64,000 nt of DNA, taken from assembly GCA_903870275.1 (NCBI GenBank), contig CAIQCK010000103.1, positions 3,819 to 67,818 on the forward strand, written 5' to 3'. Positions 50,748 to 63,300 of the stretch are shown here, in pieces; within the stretch, counting starts at the first letter, position 1; each line of letters begins with the position of its first letter. The stretch is from an uncultured bacterium (GTDB taxonomy: Bacteria > Verrucomicrobiota > Verrucomicrobiia > CAIQCK01). Under the pieces are notes generated by a model. It was not told where the DNA came from. It saw only the letters and a list, made by a program, of their open reading frames with translations, and did no database searches. The translations under genes and the position numbers were made by a program.

Positions 50748-53222
50748 TCACTTCAACGACCAGGCTTCGAGTCGTCTGGCACCGGTATAGAGAATCTGCC
50801 CGTTCGGCGCAAACGCCAGGGCGATCCCCGGCCCGACCGCATTCACCCGGTTGAACTGAATCTCCACCAGCAACTCGCCGGTACCGATGCGAAACACTCC
50901 AATCCGGCCTTTGTCCGTATTCAAAGGCGCCCCGACGATGGCCAGCCAGCGGCCATCGGGTGAGAAGACCAGCGAGCACGCCCGGTCCGCCACCGGGTAG
51001 GCAAAGCCTTGCTGGAGCCTGCCCGTCGCCACATCCCACAGCCGAGTTCCGTCCCCTGCCGTGGCCGTGGCAAGGCAGCGGCCATCGGACGAAAAAGCCA
51101 GTCCGCTTACTTGGCCGGCATGTTCGTCAAACTGCCGCAATAGCTTGCCCGTGGCGGTGTCAAACAGTCTTATCGTTTTCGTTGAGACCGAGCCGCCGCC
51201 CGCGGCCAGCAGACTGCCGTCAGGCGACACCGCGACGACGCTCTTCACGCCGCTGTCGCCCTTGTGCTGCCACAAAGCGCGCCCGCTCCCGATATCAAAA
51301 CAGGCGATGTCGTTGAAACCGGCATAACCCAGGCGGAGCGCGGCGCGATCAAACGCAAAAGGACCAAGGCCAATGCCGCTGCTGGGCCTGCCTTTCAGTT
51401 CGATCTCCGAAACCAACTTCCGCTCGGCGACATCCCACTCACTTAACCACCCCTGTTGGTGAACTAGCACCACCTTATGTCCGGTATCGTGGAACGCCGT
51501 CCCCAGACACCAAGACCTGGGCTCGCGCGGAACCTGCCACACAGAGTTCCCCGATTTCGCCTCCCAGATTTCGACCGTTCCGTTGGTGAGCGTTGCCAAC
51601 AACTGGCCGTCGGGCGAGAGAATGAGATGCGACGGGTTGACGAAGAGCGGTGTGGCATAGACAGGTTCGGTGAGGATTTGCCTGGGCAGAGGCGACGGCT
51701 TGGGCGCTGGCTGTTCGGCCAGGTCATATTCATTGCGGAGCAAGTTCCGCCATTGGGCCAGCACCGTCTTCTGGTCGGCTGAACTCCGAGGCTGGGCGTC
51801 GTAGATACTCCGCACGCTGACGAGCGGTTCAGGCCGGCCGGCGTTCGAAATCTCCAGCATCTCTTTGAGTGTGTGCCAGTCGGTCAACTCGAACCGGGGA
51901 TGCTTCATTAACGCGATGAGCAATTCCCTCGTGTCGGGGCGCGCAGCCACCCGCACTTCCTGCAAGAATATTTCCGGCTGGTGGAAAGGATCTCTTGCCG
52001 TGACGAGTGCCTTATAGAACCAATCGGTGAGAAAATCCTTCTCCGCGGCGCCACAAACCCGCCACAAACCGCCGGTCAAATAGCCTGCGGCGCCGACATA
52101 ATCCCTTGTTTCGTGTTTCAGCGCCGTCCGCAGGATGTCGCCGGCGCGGGCGGGTTGCAGCGCCGCCGCGCCGATGGACCATGCCGGGTTGACGCCGTGA
52201 TAATCACGTTCCGCATCCTCGCAGGTGAGCAGCGCGCCGGCATCCTCCGGTCGCAGCAATTGGGCGGCATGACGAAGGATGAAATTGGCGATTCTCACAA
52301 AGTTAGGGTTCTTTTTGTTTTCCATCCGCAGGTCTGGATCGTCCGTCACCGGCTTGCGTTGGAGAAATCGCAACAGCGCTTCCGGCCCCAGTTCGCAGGC
52401 CGTGGCCAGCAGTTCCCGGTCTGACGCCAAACAATGTTCCGCCATGTATCCCTCGTTCCAACCTTCGGGGCATAAAACAAAAAGCCGTGTCCATGCGCGC
52501 TCCCTTGGAGGCAGTGCGTCCATCTCCGTCAAGACCCGCTTGATGTCCGATTGGTATTCCGGCTGAATCGGACTTGTTTCGCGCGTGGCGCGGTTCATTT
52601 TGACTGCGAACCAACCCGCCGAATACTGGCGGCCTTCATATTTCTTCCAGTATTTCTTGAAGATTTCCGCCGTCACCCGCGTCTCCCGTTCATCCGAAAC
52701 TCCCCAAAACTTGAGCATGGCTTGAGCCACGTGATCCACCGTCTGCGGACTCTCTAACTCGTCCACGGGACGCGGGCCTCCCATGCTGCTCATGAGTGCG
52801 CTGTTCATGAATTCGTGGAGGTCCGGGAACGTGGGAGCCTCATCGTCCACGAGCGATGCGATCAGCGGCAAATCCCGTCCATCTTCGCGCTCAAAAAGCG
52901 CGCCCAACGCCAGCGTTCGCATCTTCGGGTTGGGATGTTCGAGCAGTGCCGCCAAACTCTCGCGGTTGCCACTCAACGCGCGAAGCTCGCGCGCCAGACG
53001 ATCCTGCTGCGCCGCCAGCCGGTCATTATCCCACAGCCGCAACTGCCGGTTATAAATGAGGGTGGTTCGCGCGAAGTGACTGTAGGTCTGCGCCATCCGT
53101 TCCAACTGGATCTGAACCTGATTGCCGGTGGCGTCGGCCGCTGACAAGGCCGTAGCCGCCAGAAGCCATGCTGCAAACGTGCCGATGCGAGAGAGGGACC
53201 GGTGTTTCAGTTTGCGGAACAT
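50748..53222 (-). CDS. Secreted protein with N-terminal alpha-helical region and C-terminal WD40 beta-propeller
   Basis: Signal peptide MFRKLKHRSLSRIGTFAAWLLAATALSAA. The C-terminal roughly 350 aa has repeated WD-like blades (LVSVRS..., GHKVVLVHQQGWLSEWD, LATATAGDGTRLWD ...). 824 aa. Confidence 0.8.
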   Translation of the reverse strand: MFRKLKHRSLSRIGTFAAWLLAATALSAADATGNQVQIQLERMAQTYSHFARTTLIYNRQLRLWDNDRLAAQQDRLARELRALSGNRESLAALLEHPNPKMRTLALGALFEREDGRDLPLIASLVDDEAPTFPDLHEFMNSALMSSMGGPRPVDELESPQTVDHVAQAMLKFWGVSDERETRVTAEIFKKYWKKYEGRQYSAGWFAVKMNRATRETSPIQPEYQSDIKRVLTEMDALPPRERAWTRLFVLCPEGWNEGYMAEHCLASDRELLATACELGPEALLRFLQRKPVTDDPDLRMENKKNPNFVRIANFILRHAAQLLRPEDAGALLTCEDAERDYHGVNPAWSIGAAALQPARAGDILRTALKHETRDYVGAAGYLTGGLWRVCGAAEKDFLTDWFYKALVTARDPFHQPEIFLQEVRVAARPDTRELLIALMKHPRFELTDWHTLKEMLEISNAGRPEPLVSVRSIYDAQPRSSADQKTVLAQWRNLLRNEYDLAEQPAPKPSPLPRQILTEPVYATPLFVNPSHLILSPDGQLLATLTNGTVEIWEAKSGNSVWQVPREPRSWCLGTAFHDTGHKVVLVHQQGWLSEWDVAERKLVSEIELKGRPSSGIGLGPFAFDRAALRLGYAGFNDIACFDIGSGRALWQHKGDSGVKSVVAVSPDGSLLAAGGGSVSTKTIRLFDTATGKLLRQFDEHAGQVSGLAFSSDGRCLATATAGDGTRLWDVATGRLQQGFAYPVADRACSLVFSPDGRWLAIVGAPLNTDKGRIGVFRIGTGELLVEIQFNRVNAVGPGIALAFAPNGQILYTGARRLEAWSLK

Positions 53223-53230
53223 GGGATGCC

Positions 53231-55657
53231 TTAGTTGATCGTTCCTGCGCCCGCCGATGCGCGCCGCTGCCGGAGACGTGTCAATGATGACTTCGCCGTC
53301 TGGGTAAGCGGAGCGGCGGGGTCGCCGTGAGTCAGTGTTTCAATCACGGACTCCGCCGCAGCCACGCGGCTGTGTTCGAGCGCCATCACGGCCCGCGGAG
53401 GACGCAGGCGCGCGGATAACGGCAGCAATTTAATTTGCTCTGGGTCGGAGACCGTCGCCGGGCGCAGACGCGCAGCCATGAAAGCCACGGCCGCTTCACC
53501 ACCGGCTGCGAGTGTCCACGCGGCTTGATGCGCAGCCCAATGGTCATTGCTGCCAAGCACCTGCCACAAGGATTCCATTTCGGCCTGCGTCAGCGCGAGG
53601 GCGGGCAATCGGCCGTGTTGCAGCCGGCCGGTCATGTCCCAAACCAAGGCGTCAGCGTCGTCTGGCGTGACCAGCATGGTGTCGTCGGGGAAAAAAGCTA
53701 GCGCACGGCCATCTCTTCTGCCGGTTTTCCAGCGGTGGATTTCCTTCCTGGTCAGCACCTCCCAGAACGCAATCTCACCAAACCGGATCGTCGCCAGAAG
53801 GCAGCCATCAGAAGAAATCGCAGCGGCCGCCTCGTGACTTCCCTTCGCAAGGATTTCACCCGTCTTCGCGTCCCAAACACCGCTGCCCACCGCCAGCCAG
53901 TCGCCATCGGGCGAGACGGCAAGGCTTGGGAGCAAATGGTTGGCGCCCTTGAGCGCGCGGACATCTTCGCCCGTCGTCAGGTCTCGCAAGGCCAGATTCT
54001 GGTATTCACCCGCCCACCAAGCTTGGCTGCCGTCTGATGTGGGTTGCACTGAATAGACAGGTTTCTTGGGGCGCGCGGCTTTTTTTTCAGCGCCGGCACC
54101 GTTCGTTGGTTGCGCCGCAGGGATCGGTGCTTTCGGGTTGTCTATTGAACGCAGCAGCTTACCGGAGGCGGCTTCCCACACGCACATCCCATTCCGTGCA
54201 CCCGTCAACACCTCTTTGCCGTCCGCCAGAAACGCCACAGGTCCGTTGCCTTGGTGGTTTTTTCCAAATTGCGAAACCGGTTCTCCGGTCGCCGTATCAA
54301 AAAGAAAGAACGTGTCACCGCCATTGATCCAAGCTGTCGCGGCAAGGACGCGGCCATCGGGCGAAAACCTCAAATGTTGCACACCCCAATGAGACCCCAC
54401 GCCTTCGATCCGTTTCCGTTCTCGCGCTTCCGGCCAAGTCCACAGAATGATTCTGCCGTCCTGGCCGCCCGTGGCGATCGTCCTGCCATCCGGCGACACC
54501 GCGACCGCCTGTACCGGTTCGTCATGGCCGCAGCCGGGATTGATCTCCTGCCAGGTGTCCGTGTTCCAAAACCGAACACGATGCCCCTGTCCGGTGGCGA
54601 GGGTTTTCCCATCGGGCGAAAAGGCCAACGCTCCAACAGCTTCATGACTGGCTGGCAGACGATGAAGTTCTTGGCCGGTGACGGGGTCGTAGATTCTGAC
54701 CATTTCAGAACCCTTGGCGGCAAACCATCGGCCATCGGGCGAGAACACGCCCCCGCTGTAAGTGCCCGGCACATCATGCAACTCTTGTCCCGTGGCGGGA
54801 TCCCAGAATCGCAAAAACGCCCGATGGGCTCCGGGAATTGGCACCATGCAGGAACCCACCACTATTTTGCCGTTGGGTGAAAAGGCGAACCACGCATGAA
54901 AACCCGTCCCACCCGCCAGCCGAACGGGCGGACCTTCCGTATGGACGGGGCAAACCCACATCTCACCTTCGAAGGAACGCCCCCGGGAATAGGCCAAGGC
55001 GAGATACTGGTCGTCCGGAGAAAATTGCAGAGCCGAGACCAACGGAGAAAATTGCATTTTTTGAAACAACTTCTCATCCGATTTCCAACGCCGCAGTTCT
55101 TTCGCCTGTTCCACATCCCAGAAGATGATGTCGCCGCCATCGCCACTGGCTGCTTGAAGCCCGTCCGCGCTCAAGGCCACGGCGCGAGATATCTCCTTCG
55201 CACCGGTCAATTCGGAGCGGCGCTCCCCGGTGGCCGCATCGAAAACATGGATGATTGGAGGCCCGTTCTCCGCCAGCACCACCGTCCGCCAATCCCGCGA
55301 AATCGCGCCAGCCGTCACGAAGGATGTGGGCTTGAACACCTGCCGTTTTTTTCCTGTCGCCACGTCCCAAAGACCGACTTCGTTCCCTGCCTCCGTGAAC
55401 AACACCGATCCATCGGGCGAAAACGCCAAGCTGCGAATGTGTTCCTGGTGCATAAACCTGTGCGAGCCGAGGCGCGCCACTGTTTTTAGAGCGGCTTCAT
55501 CGCCACCCACGGGTTCCGCGCCAATCGCCACTGCCAGTGTTGGATCCCCTGCAATAGTCAACAACATCGAGAGAACGGCCCCCTCCAACATAGATCGAGT
55601 TTTTCCAAGCACTCTTCTCCAGATTCCCGATTTCCGCCAAACAAAAGCTGTTGTCAT
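53231..55657 (-). CDS. Secreted WD40-repeat beta-propeller protein (two propellers) with C-terminal helical domain
   Basis: Many blades of the form SPDG..LA.G..D..I..WD (IIFWDV, VRIYDP, RVRFWNTDT, IILWTW, CVWEA ...). N-terminal signal-like segment. The start could be the ATG at 55591 instead. 8 nt separates it from the downstream WD40 gene. Confidence 0.8.
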   Translation of the reverse strand: MTTAFVWRKSGIWRRVLGKTRSMLEGAVLSMLLTIAGDPTLAVAIGAEPVGGDEAALKTVARLGSHRFMHQEHIRSLAFSPDGSVLFTEAGNEVGLWDVATGKKRQVFKPTSFVTAGAISRDWRTVVLAENGPPIIHVFDAATGERRSELTGAKEISRAVALSADGLQAASGDGGDIIFWDVEQAKELRRWKSDEKLFQKMQFSPLVSALQFSPDDQYLALAYSRGRSFEGEMWVCPVHTEGPPVRLAGGTGFHAWFAFSPNGKIVVGSCMVPIPGAHRAFLRFWDPATGQELHDVPGTYSGGVFSPDGRWFAAKGSEMVRIYDPVTGQELHRLPASHEAVGALAFSPDGKTLATGQGHRVRFWNTDTWQEINPGCGHDEPVQAVAVSPDGRTIATGGQDGRIILWTWPEARERKRIEGVGSHWGVQHLRFSPDGRVLAATAWINGGDTFFLFDTATGEPVSQFGKNHQGNGPVAFLADGKEVLTGARNGMCVWEAASGKLLRSIDNPKAPIPAAQPTNGAGAEKKAARPKKPVYSVQPTSDGSQAWWAGEYQNLALRDLTTGEDVRALKGANHLLPSLAVSPDGDWLAVGSGVWDAKTGEILAKGSHEAAAAISSDGCLLATIRFGEIAFWEVLTRKEIHRWKTGRRDGRALAFFPDDTMLVTPDDADALVWDMTGRLQHGRLPALALTQAEMESLWQVLGSNDHWAAHQAAWTLAAGGEAAVAFMAARLRPATVSDPEQIKLLPLSARLRPPRAVMALEHSRVAAAESVIETLTHGDPAAPLTQTAKSSLTRLRQRRASAGAGTIN

Positions 55658-55719
55658 GGGTCACCTCGATACGAGCATCACCGCTGCGGTTATCAATGCG
55701 AGTCGGTTCATAAGTGCCT

Positions 55720-57192
55720 TTATGGCGTCGGTTCGGGCGGATCTGGTTTCTTGGTCTTCGGCGCCGGCGACACGGGGGCGGACCCGACAGCAGGCTTGCG
55801 CAGTTTGTTCAGCGCCTCGGCGGCAAAGTGGCGCACGTCCCGATCTGTATCAATCAAGCAGGCGGTCAGTGGGTTGATGGCTCGCGTGTCCCCCAGCCTG
55901 CCCAGCGCCCAAGCGGCTTGGCAGCGGACCTGCTGATTCTTATCGTTCAAGCAAGCGATCAGCAGATCAACGGCTCGCTTGTCACCCAGCTTGCCCAACG
56001 CCCAAGCAGCTAGCCAGCGGACCTGCTGATTCTGGTCTTTCAAGCAAATGATCAGCGGCTCGACGGCTCGCTTGTCCCCCAGCTTGCCTAGGGACTCGGC
56101 AGAGTTACTGCGCACCGACCACGCTTCATCTTTCAGGCAGGCGATCAACGGTTCAACGGCCCGCACATCCCCCAAATCGCCCAACGCCGCGGCGGCAGGC
56201 CAAGACAGACGATTGTCCCGGTCTTGGTCCGTCAAGCAGGCGATCAGCGGCTCCAAAGCCCGCTTGTCCCCCACGTGGCCCAGCGCATGGGCGGCTATTC
56301 TGCGCACGACCCAATCCTGGTCTTTCAAGCAGGCGATCAACGGCTCGACGGCCCGTTCGTTCCCCGGTTTGCCCAGCGCCATGGCGGCATGCCAGCGCAT
56401 GACCTTGTCCTCATCCTTCAAACAGGCGATCAGATGCTCAACGGCTCGCACATCCTCCAGTTTGCCCAGGACCGAGATGGCGCCCCAGCGCATGTTCTCA
56501 TCTGGACCTTTCGAGCAGACAATGAGCGGCTCGACGACTGGCTTGCCCAGCTTGCCCAGCGCCTTGGCGGCGCCTGATCTCACACTCCGATCTTGATCTT
56601 TCAAACAGCCGATCAGCGGCTCGACGGCTGGTTTGCCCAACTTGCCCAGCGCCTCGGCGGTATGGTAGACTACATACAGTTCCTGATTCTTCATCAACTT
56701 CAAGCAGGCGATCAGCGGCTCGACGGCCCGCGCGTCTCCGAGTTTGCCCAGTGCCTCGGCGGCGACCCACCGCAGATTCTGATTCTGATCCTTCAAGCAA
56801 GCGATCAGAGGCTCAACGGCTTGTGCGTCTCCGAGTTTGCCCAACGCCTCGCCGGCGGCCCTGAACACCCTGTATTCTTGATCCTTCAGGCAGGCGATCA
56901 ACGGCTCAACTGCCCGCTTGTCCCCCAGTTTGCCCAGCGCCACAGCCGCACCCGCGCGCACACGCAAATCCGAATCCTTCAAGCAGGCGATCAACGGCCC
57001 GATGGCCCGCTTGTCGCCCAGGTCGCCCAGCGCATAAACCGCACTCTCGCGTCCAAAAAAGCCAAGCGGATCATTCAACTCGTTGATTCGTTCTTGAACG
57101 GTGTCGGTCGTTCCCACCGCCCCGGCCGCCGCAAGACTCATGCAAAGCGTTATTGAACGAATCAACGCCACGACAAAAGGCTTCACGTTCAT
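55720..57192 (-). CDS. Secreted HEAT-repeat protein (PBS-lyase HEAT-like repeats, about 15 copies)
   Basis: Signal peptide MNVKPFVVALIRSITLCMSLAAAGAVG. About 15 31-aa repeats of the form AAEALGKLGDARAVEPLIACLKD...VR. The DNA shows the corresponding 93-bp periodicity between about 55800 and 57060. Confidence 0.85.
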   Translation of the reverse strand: MNVKPFVVALIRSITLCMSLAAAGAVGTTDTVQERINELNDPLGFFGRESAVYALGDLGDKRAIGPLIACLKDSDLRVRAGAAVALGKLGDKRAVEPLIACLKDQEYRVFRAAGEALGKLGDAQAVEPLIACLKDQNQNLRWVAAEALGKLGDARAVEPLIACLKLMKNQELYVVYHTAEALGKLGKPAVEPLIGCLKDQDRSVRSGAAKALGKLGKPVVEPLIVCSKGPDENMRWGAISVLGKLEDVRAVEHLIACLKDEDKVMRWHAAMALGKPGNERAVEPLIACLKDQDWVVRRIAAHALGHVGDKRALEPLIACLTDQDRDNRLSWPAAAALGDLGDVRAVEPLIACLKDEAWSVRSNSAESLGKLGDKRAVEPLIICLKDQNQQVRWLAAWALGKLGDKRAVDLLIACLNDKNQQVRCQAAWALGRLGDTRAINPLTACLIDTDRDVRHFAAEALNKLRKPAVGSAPVSPAPKTKKPDPPEPTP

Positions 57193-57369
57193 ATGGCTGC
57201 CTTCATTTTATAACGAACGGTTGCCGATCCGCTTCACCGGTGCAGCCGCCGTTGTTGAGTCCAAGCATTGTGTGTCCGGAGCGCCCGCATGAACTTGTTG
57301 TCGTGTATGCGGCCATCTGTGTTCATCCGGGAATCTGTCAATGATCAGGAGTTGTGACCCCACGCGAAG

Positions 57370-60300
57370 TCATTTGCGGAGGTTGGCGCGCAGCTCGGCG
57401 ATTCGGTCCTGGTAATATGCCTTCTCGACGCTGGAGAGGTTGGCCTCCAACTGGTCAATCTCAGCGAGTGACGGAAGGTGAGTTTCTGTATATGCCGGCC
57501 GGAAGAGGAACAGGTTCAATACTTGTTCCCTCAGATCATCGAAGTATTGTCCGTTGCGCTTCACCGTTCGCGGTGGCAGCAACATGACCATGCGTATCAC
57601 TTCGTTTCGAGCGTCCGTCTCGTCGCTTTCAATCAAGTATCTGCTCGCGGAATAACGAATCTTTGGATGATCGGCCGCAAGCTGTTTGATCGCAAAGACT
57701 TTGATCTCCTGCCCCTTGAGTCCATGAACCGCTTCATAGATGGCATCGCCGAAACAATTGTTTTTTCCGGGCTGCCCGCGAAGTAAAAGAGCCAGTTCGA
57801 GTTTGGCAAGGCCGTAGCCTGGATCGTGTTTGATAAGATACCGCAGCAAGGCCGCCTGAATCGTGCAGGCCCACCCGCCGTTGGAAGATGAATACAGGGC
57901 CTTTACCTCGTCGAGCAAGGCTGGTGAGCCATAACGCCCGATCACGAAGCTCATCTTGAAAAGGTCGCAAGACCGCTGACCACGCCACGAAAGAGCCGCA
58001 ACCCGAAAGGCCGCATCCAGTTCCGGTACAGGTTGCTCCGGAAGCGATGCCAGTCCTTTGAAAGCAAATCGCGGGTAGCCGCTGCGAATGTCCTCCAGCA
58101 AAAGTTTGCGCGCAGCGTCTGAACCCAGTTCGATCAGACGCTGCATAATGTCGTCGGCAATCGTGTGGCCGGCGTCTTGTTCGGGTTTGTCCGGCAGACG
58201 CAACATCGCTTCAAGCACGGGCTGGAATTGCTGGCAGCGCACGCGTGACCACATCTCATCGCCGAGCACGGCACGTTGTTCGTATTCCTGGAGTCCCGGG
58301 AATGCCTGTGCCAAAGCAAGGCGATCCTTCATCGAAGCACCCTCGCCAACGTTAAGATGATACCGAAGCGCCACACGGCTCTTGAGCGGGCGAAACTGCA
58401 TGGGTATGGACGAAACATCGTAACCGGGATCGCCGGACGGTGAACGTTGCGGCTCCTCGATGCTCACCGGTTTGGTTACCCGATTCTCCAGGCTGCGTTC
58501 GCCGCCTGTGCCGTCATAAGCGATGGTCAATGACCAGGTGTAGTTGGTTCCGTATTTGTCCACCCATTGGTCTGCAAACAGATACATCTCATGATTGTCG
58601 AAGTCTTTGAAGCGGTCAAAAGTATAGCCTCTGAAGCGGCCAAAAGTTTCGCAACTGTTCCAAGCCGGTATGTTTCTTTCGGCCTCGGCGCGCGTCATGC
58701 CCGCTTTGATCGAAGCCGCTTGTGCCATCCAAAGCTTCTTGTCCTCCGGCGAACGCATGACTTTGTTGACCTTGACCGGTGCCAGCACTCTTTCCTGATT
58801 GTTTGGAATCCCGAACTTCTCTCTTTTGGAAACGTCGTAAGTGACTATCACTCGCCAGTCTGCCGAGACGAAGTACTGTTCGGTCATAGAATAGAAGTCG
58901 CCCCACCCGCTCCCGCAAAAGTCATAACTGTTTGAAGCCGGAGGAATCCATCGCGGCAAGATCTTCTCCACCTCCGCCCGCGTCATGCCCACCTTCACCG
59001 TCGCGGCACGGGCTTGCCAATCTGTTAGAGTGTCTTTGTCCTCAACGCGCACTGCCGCGTCATCAGCGTTCATTAACACCACCCGCAAACCGCGGTTGCC
59101 AATGCGATTGGGAGGCGCGCCGCCGTTGCCGCGGCAACTCGACGTGAGAAAGGCGGGATCGCGCATAAACGCCCCGCCTCGCAACACATGGCCTGTGCCG
59201 GAAACCGGGCCTTGAGGGTCTACCGGGACATTGGACAGATGCGGCTCATACCAATCCCTGCACCACTCCCAAACATTGCCGTGCATGTCATAGAGGCCCC
59301 ACGCGTTCGGCTCCTTCAACCCGACCGGGTGGGGCCTGTTTCCCGAGTTGGATTCATACCAGGCGTACATGCCAAGGCGGGTTTCGTCGTCGCCGAAGGA
59401 GTACTTGGTGGTGCTGCCGGCGCGGCACGTGTATTCCCACTGCGCTTCGGTCGGCAGCAGCGCCTTCATGCCGGGCACTTTCTCGCTCAGCGTGGCCAGA
59501 AACGGCTGGCAATCGTCCCATCGGACATTCTCCACCGGATTCCTCGGGTCTTTGGTGGGGTGCGGATTGCCGCCCAAGACGGCCAGCCATTGCTCCCGTG
59601 TTACTTCGTATTTCCCCATGTAAAACGGCTGGGTGAGAACGACCCGGTGCTTTTCGTTTCCATCGCCCATCATGAACGAGCCGCCGGGGATGAGGACAAA
59701 CGCCATTGTCACACCGCCGCCCAGGTTCACGGTGAGGGTTCTTTGCGCTTTTCGTATATCGGGCTCGCGGCTGGCTTTCGCAATGTCCGGGTGCCGCAGG
59801 ATACGGCCCTTGCCGGTGACCTCGTTCACGTCAATCGAATGAAAGACCGTTTCGGCGCGATCACTGACCAGACCCAATGCTCGCTCGTTCGGAAGTTTCC
59901 ACAATCTCTGGCGGCTGGCGTCGCTGAAGTCGGTTTTCCATTCGTTCATCAATCGGCCATCAAGAAAGGCGCGTACGCCGTTCTTCCGCACTTGCAGGAC
60001 CGAAGAATAAACCCGGTTGTTCGCCAGAGAGTGAGGCGTCCACACCGTCAGGGGGTTGTTGTTCGCCGTCCTGCCCTTCACCATTTCGAAGCCGAAACAA
60101 CTGTTGCACCAATGCCCCATCACCCAAAGAGCGGGTCTTTCGTCCTGCGAGAACAATTGCCCAACCGGCTCTTCTCCTTCGGTGCGGGTAAAGACTATGC
60201 GAAAATCGTATTCCTCCGGCGGCTCGTAGGGAATTTGCAGCCGCGCTGCCTGCACATCATCCGCACAAACCAGAGCCTCATCTCGCATCCTCCACCTTCC

Positions 60301-63300
60301 CAGAACCGCGTCCTTGATTGGATCAATAAGCGGCAACAATTGGACTGATCCCGGCCACGCCGCAGCGCTAGTCAAGTGAGCGTCTGCGCTGCCTGGCTCG
60401 AAGATCGAACCGTCATCCACCAAACCGAGCGAGCGGACGACGGTGTCACTGCGCCCAAAAACTCCGACAATCGGCTTGCCCATCCCGGCAAGTTTGATGG
60501 TATCGCCAACGCTGTTCTTGCCGCCAAGCCAGCCGCTCTTGTATCCATCATGAGTATCCAGACCACCGCCGGCGCCTTGGATCTTCATGAATTCGATCTC
60601 AAAGCCGTTAAGAAACACAATCCCCATCCCATTGAGTCCGCCAACCGCGTAGCCGGGCTTGGCCTCCACCGTCTGCGTGGGTTCCTGCACCTCTCCCTGC
60701 ACGGCGCCTAGAAACTTTTTCATGCCCGCGCGGTAGATCGGTTGCAAGGATTTCACCACCCTTTGGTTCTTCTCCTCCCCGAAACTGACCTTGAAGCCGA
60801 CCAGGAACAATTGCGGTTGCGGTATTTCCAAAAAGGCAGCGCCGATGCCGCTGCCGAGTGAAGCGGGCAGTTTGAGCATCGTAGATGTTGGTTTTTGCGC
60901 AAATGCCGGCGCGGCCATCTCAGCGTCGTCAAGCCCCGATGTGAGCCGCTTTTGCAATTGCGTTTCAGCAGTCTCGCGACCGGCTTCCGCGATTCCCAAA
61001 TGCGGCACAACCCTGCCTTTGCTGGTGATTTCTAACAGCTGGATCTCTTGAAAAACGACACGGCTTAGGAAACTCCCCACGCCGAGGCAATTGTGGTCTG
61101 GAATGTCCCAATGGGGATGAAGAGTGCCATCCTTGAAGTCTGTGTTCCAAATCGAAATCAGCTCGTTATTCAGGTAAGCCTTCACGCCGTTCTTCCGAAC
61201 TCGCAATAGGGAAGTGTAAATCTGGCCGTTTTTAAGGAAGTCCTGTCGCTTGACAGTGGTTGCATTATGTTGTGAATCCTGGCCGTTGATGTGTTCGAAG
61301 CCAAAAACTTTGTTGTGATCTCCAGCCATTTGCCAGAGGGCGGCGCGTCCAACGTGAGTCACATATTGGGCAATGCAATCGTTGCCGGAGGTGCGGATAA
61401 AAACGATGCGGAAGTCGTATTCTTCAGGCGGCTCGTAAGGAATCATTAGCCTTTCGTGTTTGCCGCTCCCGGAAACGAGACTGTCTCCTTGGAATGTCCA
61501 CGCTCCCTTTACGGCATCCTTCACAGGATCAATCAGCGGCATGAGATTGACGGCGCGCGACCATGCGGCGTCGTTTTCAGGCAGAGTAGCCAGTGCCTCT
61601 AACGTAAAAGTCTGCTTGCCGCTGCCTTGATTTGAGACAACGGTTTTTGACGACAGCCAACCACACAACTTTTTATCGGCGGAGAGTTCGGGAAGCGAAC
61701 TGCCAGAAGGCTCGGAGATTGTGTGAAACGTGACGGTTTCGTAAGGTTTCTTTGCATAAGACACATTCAGGGGTGCATGAGAAGCGGGGAAAACTCGCCA
61801 AGTTTCGTGGGGTGGCGTGCCGAGCGTGTCGGCTACGTAAGCAACTGTATCTGTCGGCACTTCCGATTCAAATGACTCGCCGGATATGAACGTGCATCCC
61901 ATGAAATTGGAACCCTCTGCGCACCACATAACAGTAGGTGGCACCGCGCAGTCAACGAACTGACAGGAACTAATGGTATTCCACTTGCTGCGAAGTAATT
62001 TCATGTGGTCGAATGGCTTGTCCTTCAAGCGCCTGTGCGCGATTTCCGGAAATCGCATTGACACGAATGCACAATGGGTAAACTGGATCCCGAAATCCGT
62101 TCCTTTGAGTGACGGGAACGCAGATTTGTAGAACAGACAGGAATCCGCCACCCACTTGGAGGAATAATAGCTAAACCACGCACCCCGCTTTTCAAACTGG
62201 CATCGGTCAAAGACGGCCCATTTCGCCTTCAGACCGTGGGGGTTAAGATTCTGTCTGATCGTAACGCCTCGTAGTACCGCCGGTTTCTCCGGCGTGCCTT
62301 CGATCGCAAACTCCCCGTCCTTGTTCAGATAAATGTCACCGCCTCGAATTTCCACTCCCGGCGCCACTTTGATCTCTATGGCGTGCCGGATATTTTCCTT
62401 TACTGCGTAAGTGCCGTTCAACACATACGGCCTCGACGTGTCTGTGAACGCGTAGTCCTTCTCGATGTTCAGGGGAAGGTAAGACTCATTTTGCTTATCA
62501 GTTCGCCACGGCGACCACCACAACAGCCCCGCGAGCGCGAAGGCGACAGCCGCGAAGGCTGCGAACACCAACGGCGCCCGCTGGCGCGGAGGAGTTGCTG
62601 CCGCGCCCGCCGCACCGCCCGCGCTCTGGGTCGGTTGCGATGCCGTGATGGTTTCCACCCGCGTCTTGACCTCACTGATTTGCTGATAGCGGCGTTCGGG
62701 TTCCTTTTCCAGCGCGCGCAACACAACTTCGTCCAGCCGCACATCAATTTGCACTTTTCTCGATGGTGGTTCGATGGGTTTGCCGGGCAGTTCGCCGGTG
62801 AGCAGTTCGTAGAGCACCACGCCGAGCGAGTAGATGTCCGCGCGATGATCGGTAACGCGATGCGCCTTCTGTTCCGGGGCCATGTAGGCTGGCGTACCGC
62901 CGGGCTCGGATCGTGATGTGGGCACTCCTGCGCGCGCGTCATTGCTTTCACAAACAGAAATGTCCGTGCTACGGCCGAGCATTTTCGCGATGCCGAAGTC
63001 GGCAATCTTGACGCGACCGTCCTTGTCCAACAGCAGGTTCTCCGGCTTGACGTCGCGATGCACGATACCGTGCTCATGGGCGTATTGCAGCGCCTCGCAC
63101 ACGGGAGGGACAATGGCCAGCGCCTGTTCCGGCGTGAACCGCTCCGCCTTCATCGCCTGGCGCAGGTTCACGCCGTCCACGAACTCCATCAGCAGGTAGT
63201 AGAAGCCGCCGGCCTGGCCGAAGTCATAAACCGTGACGATGTTCGCATGATTCAGCATCGCGAGCGCCCGCGCTTCGTGAGCGAACCGCTCGGCAAATTG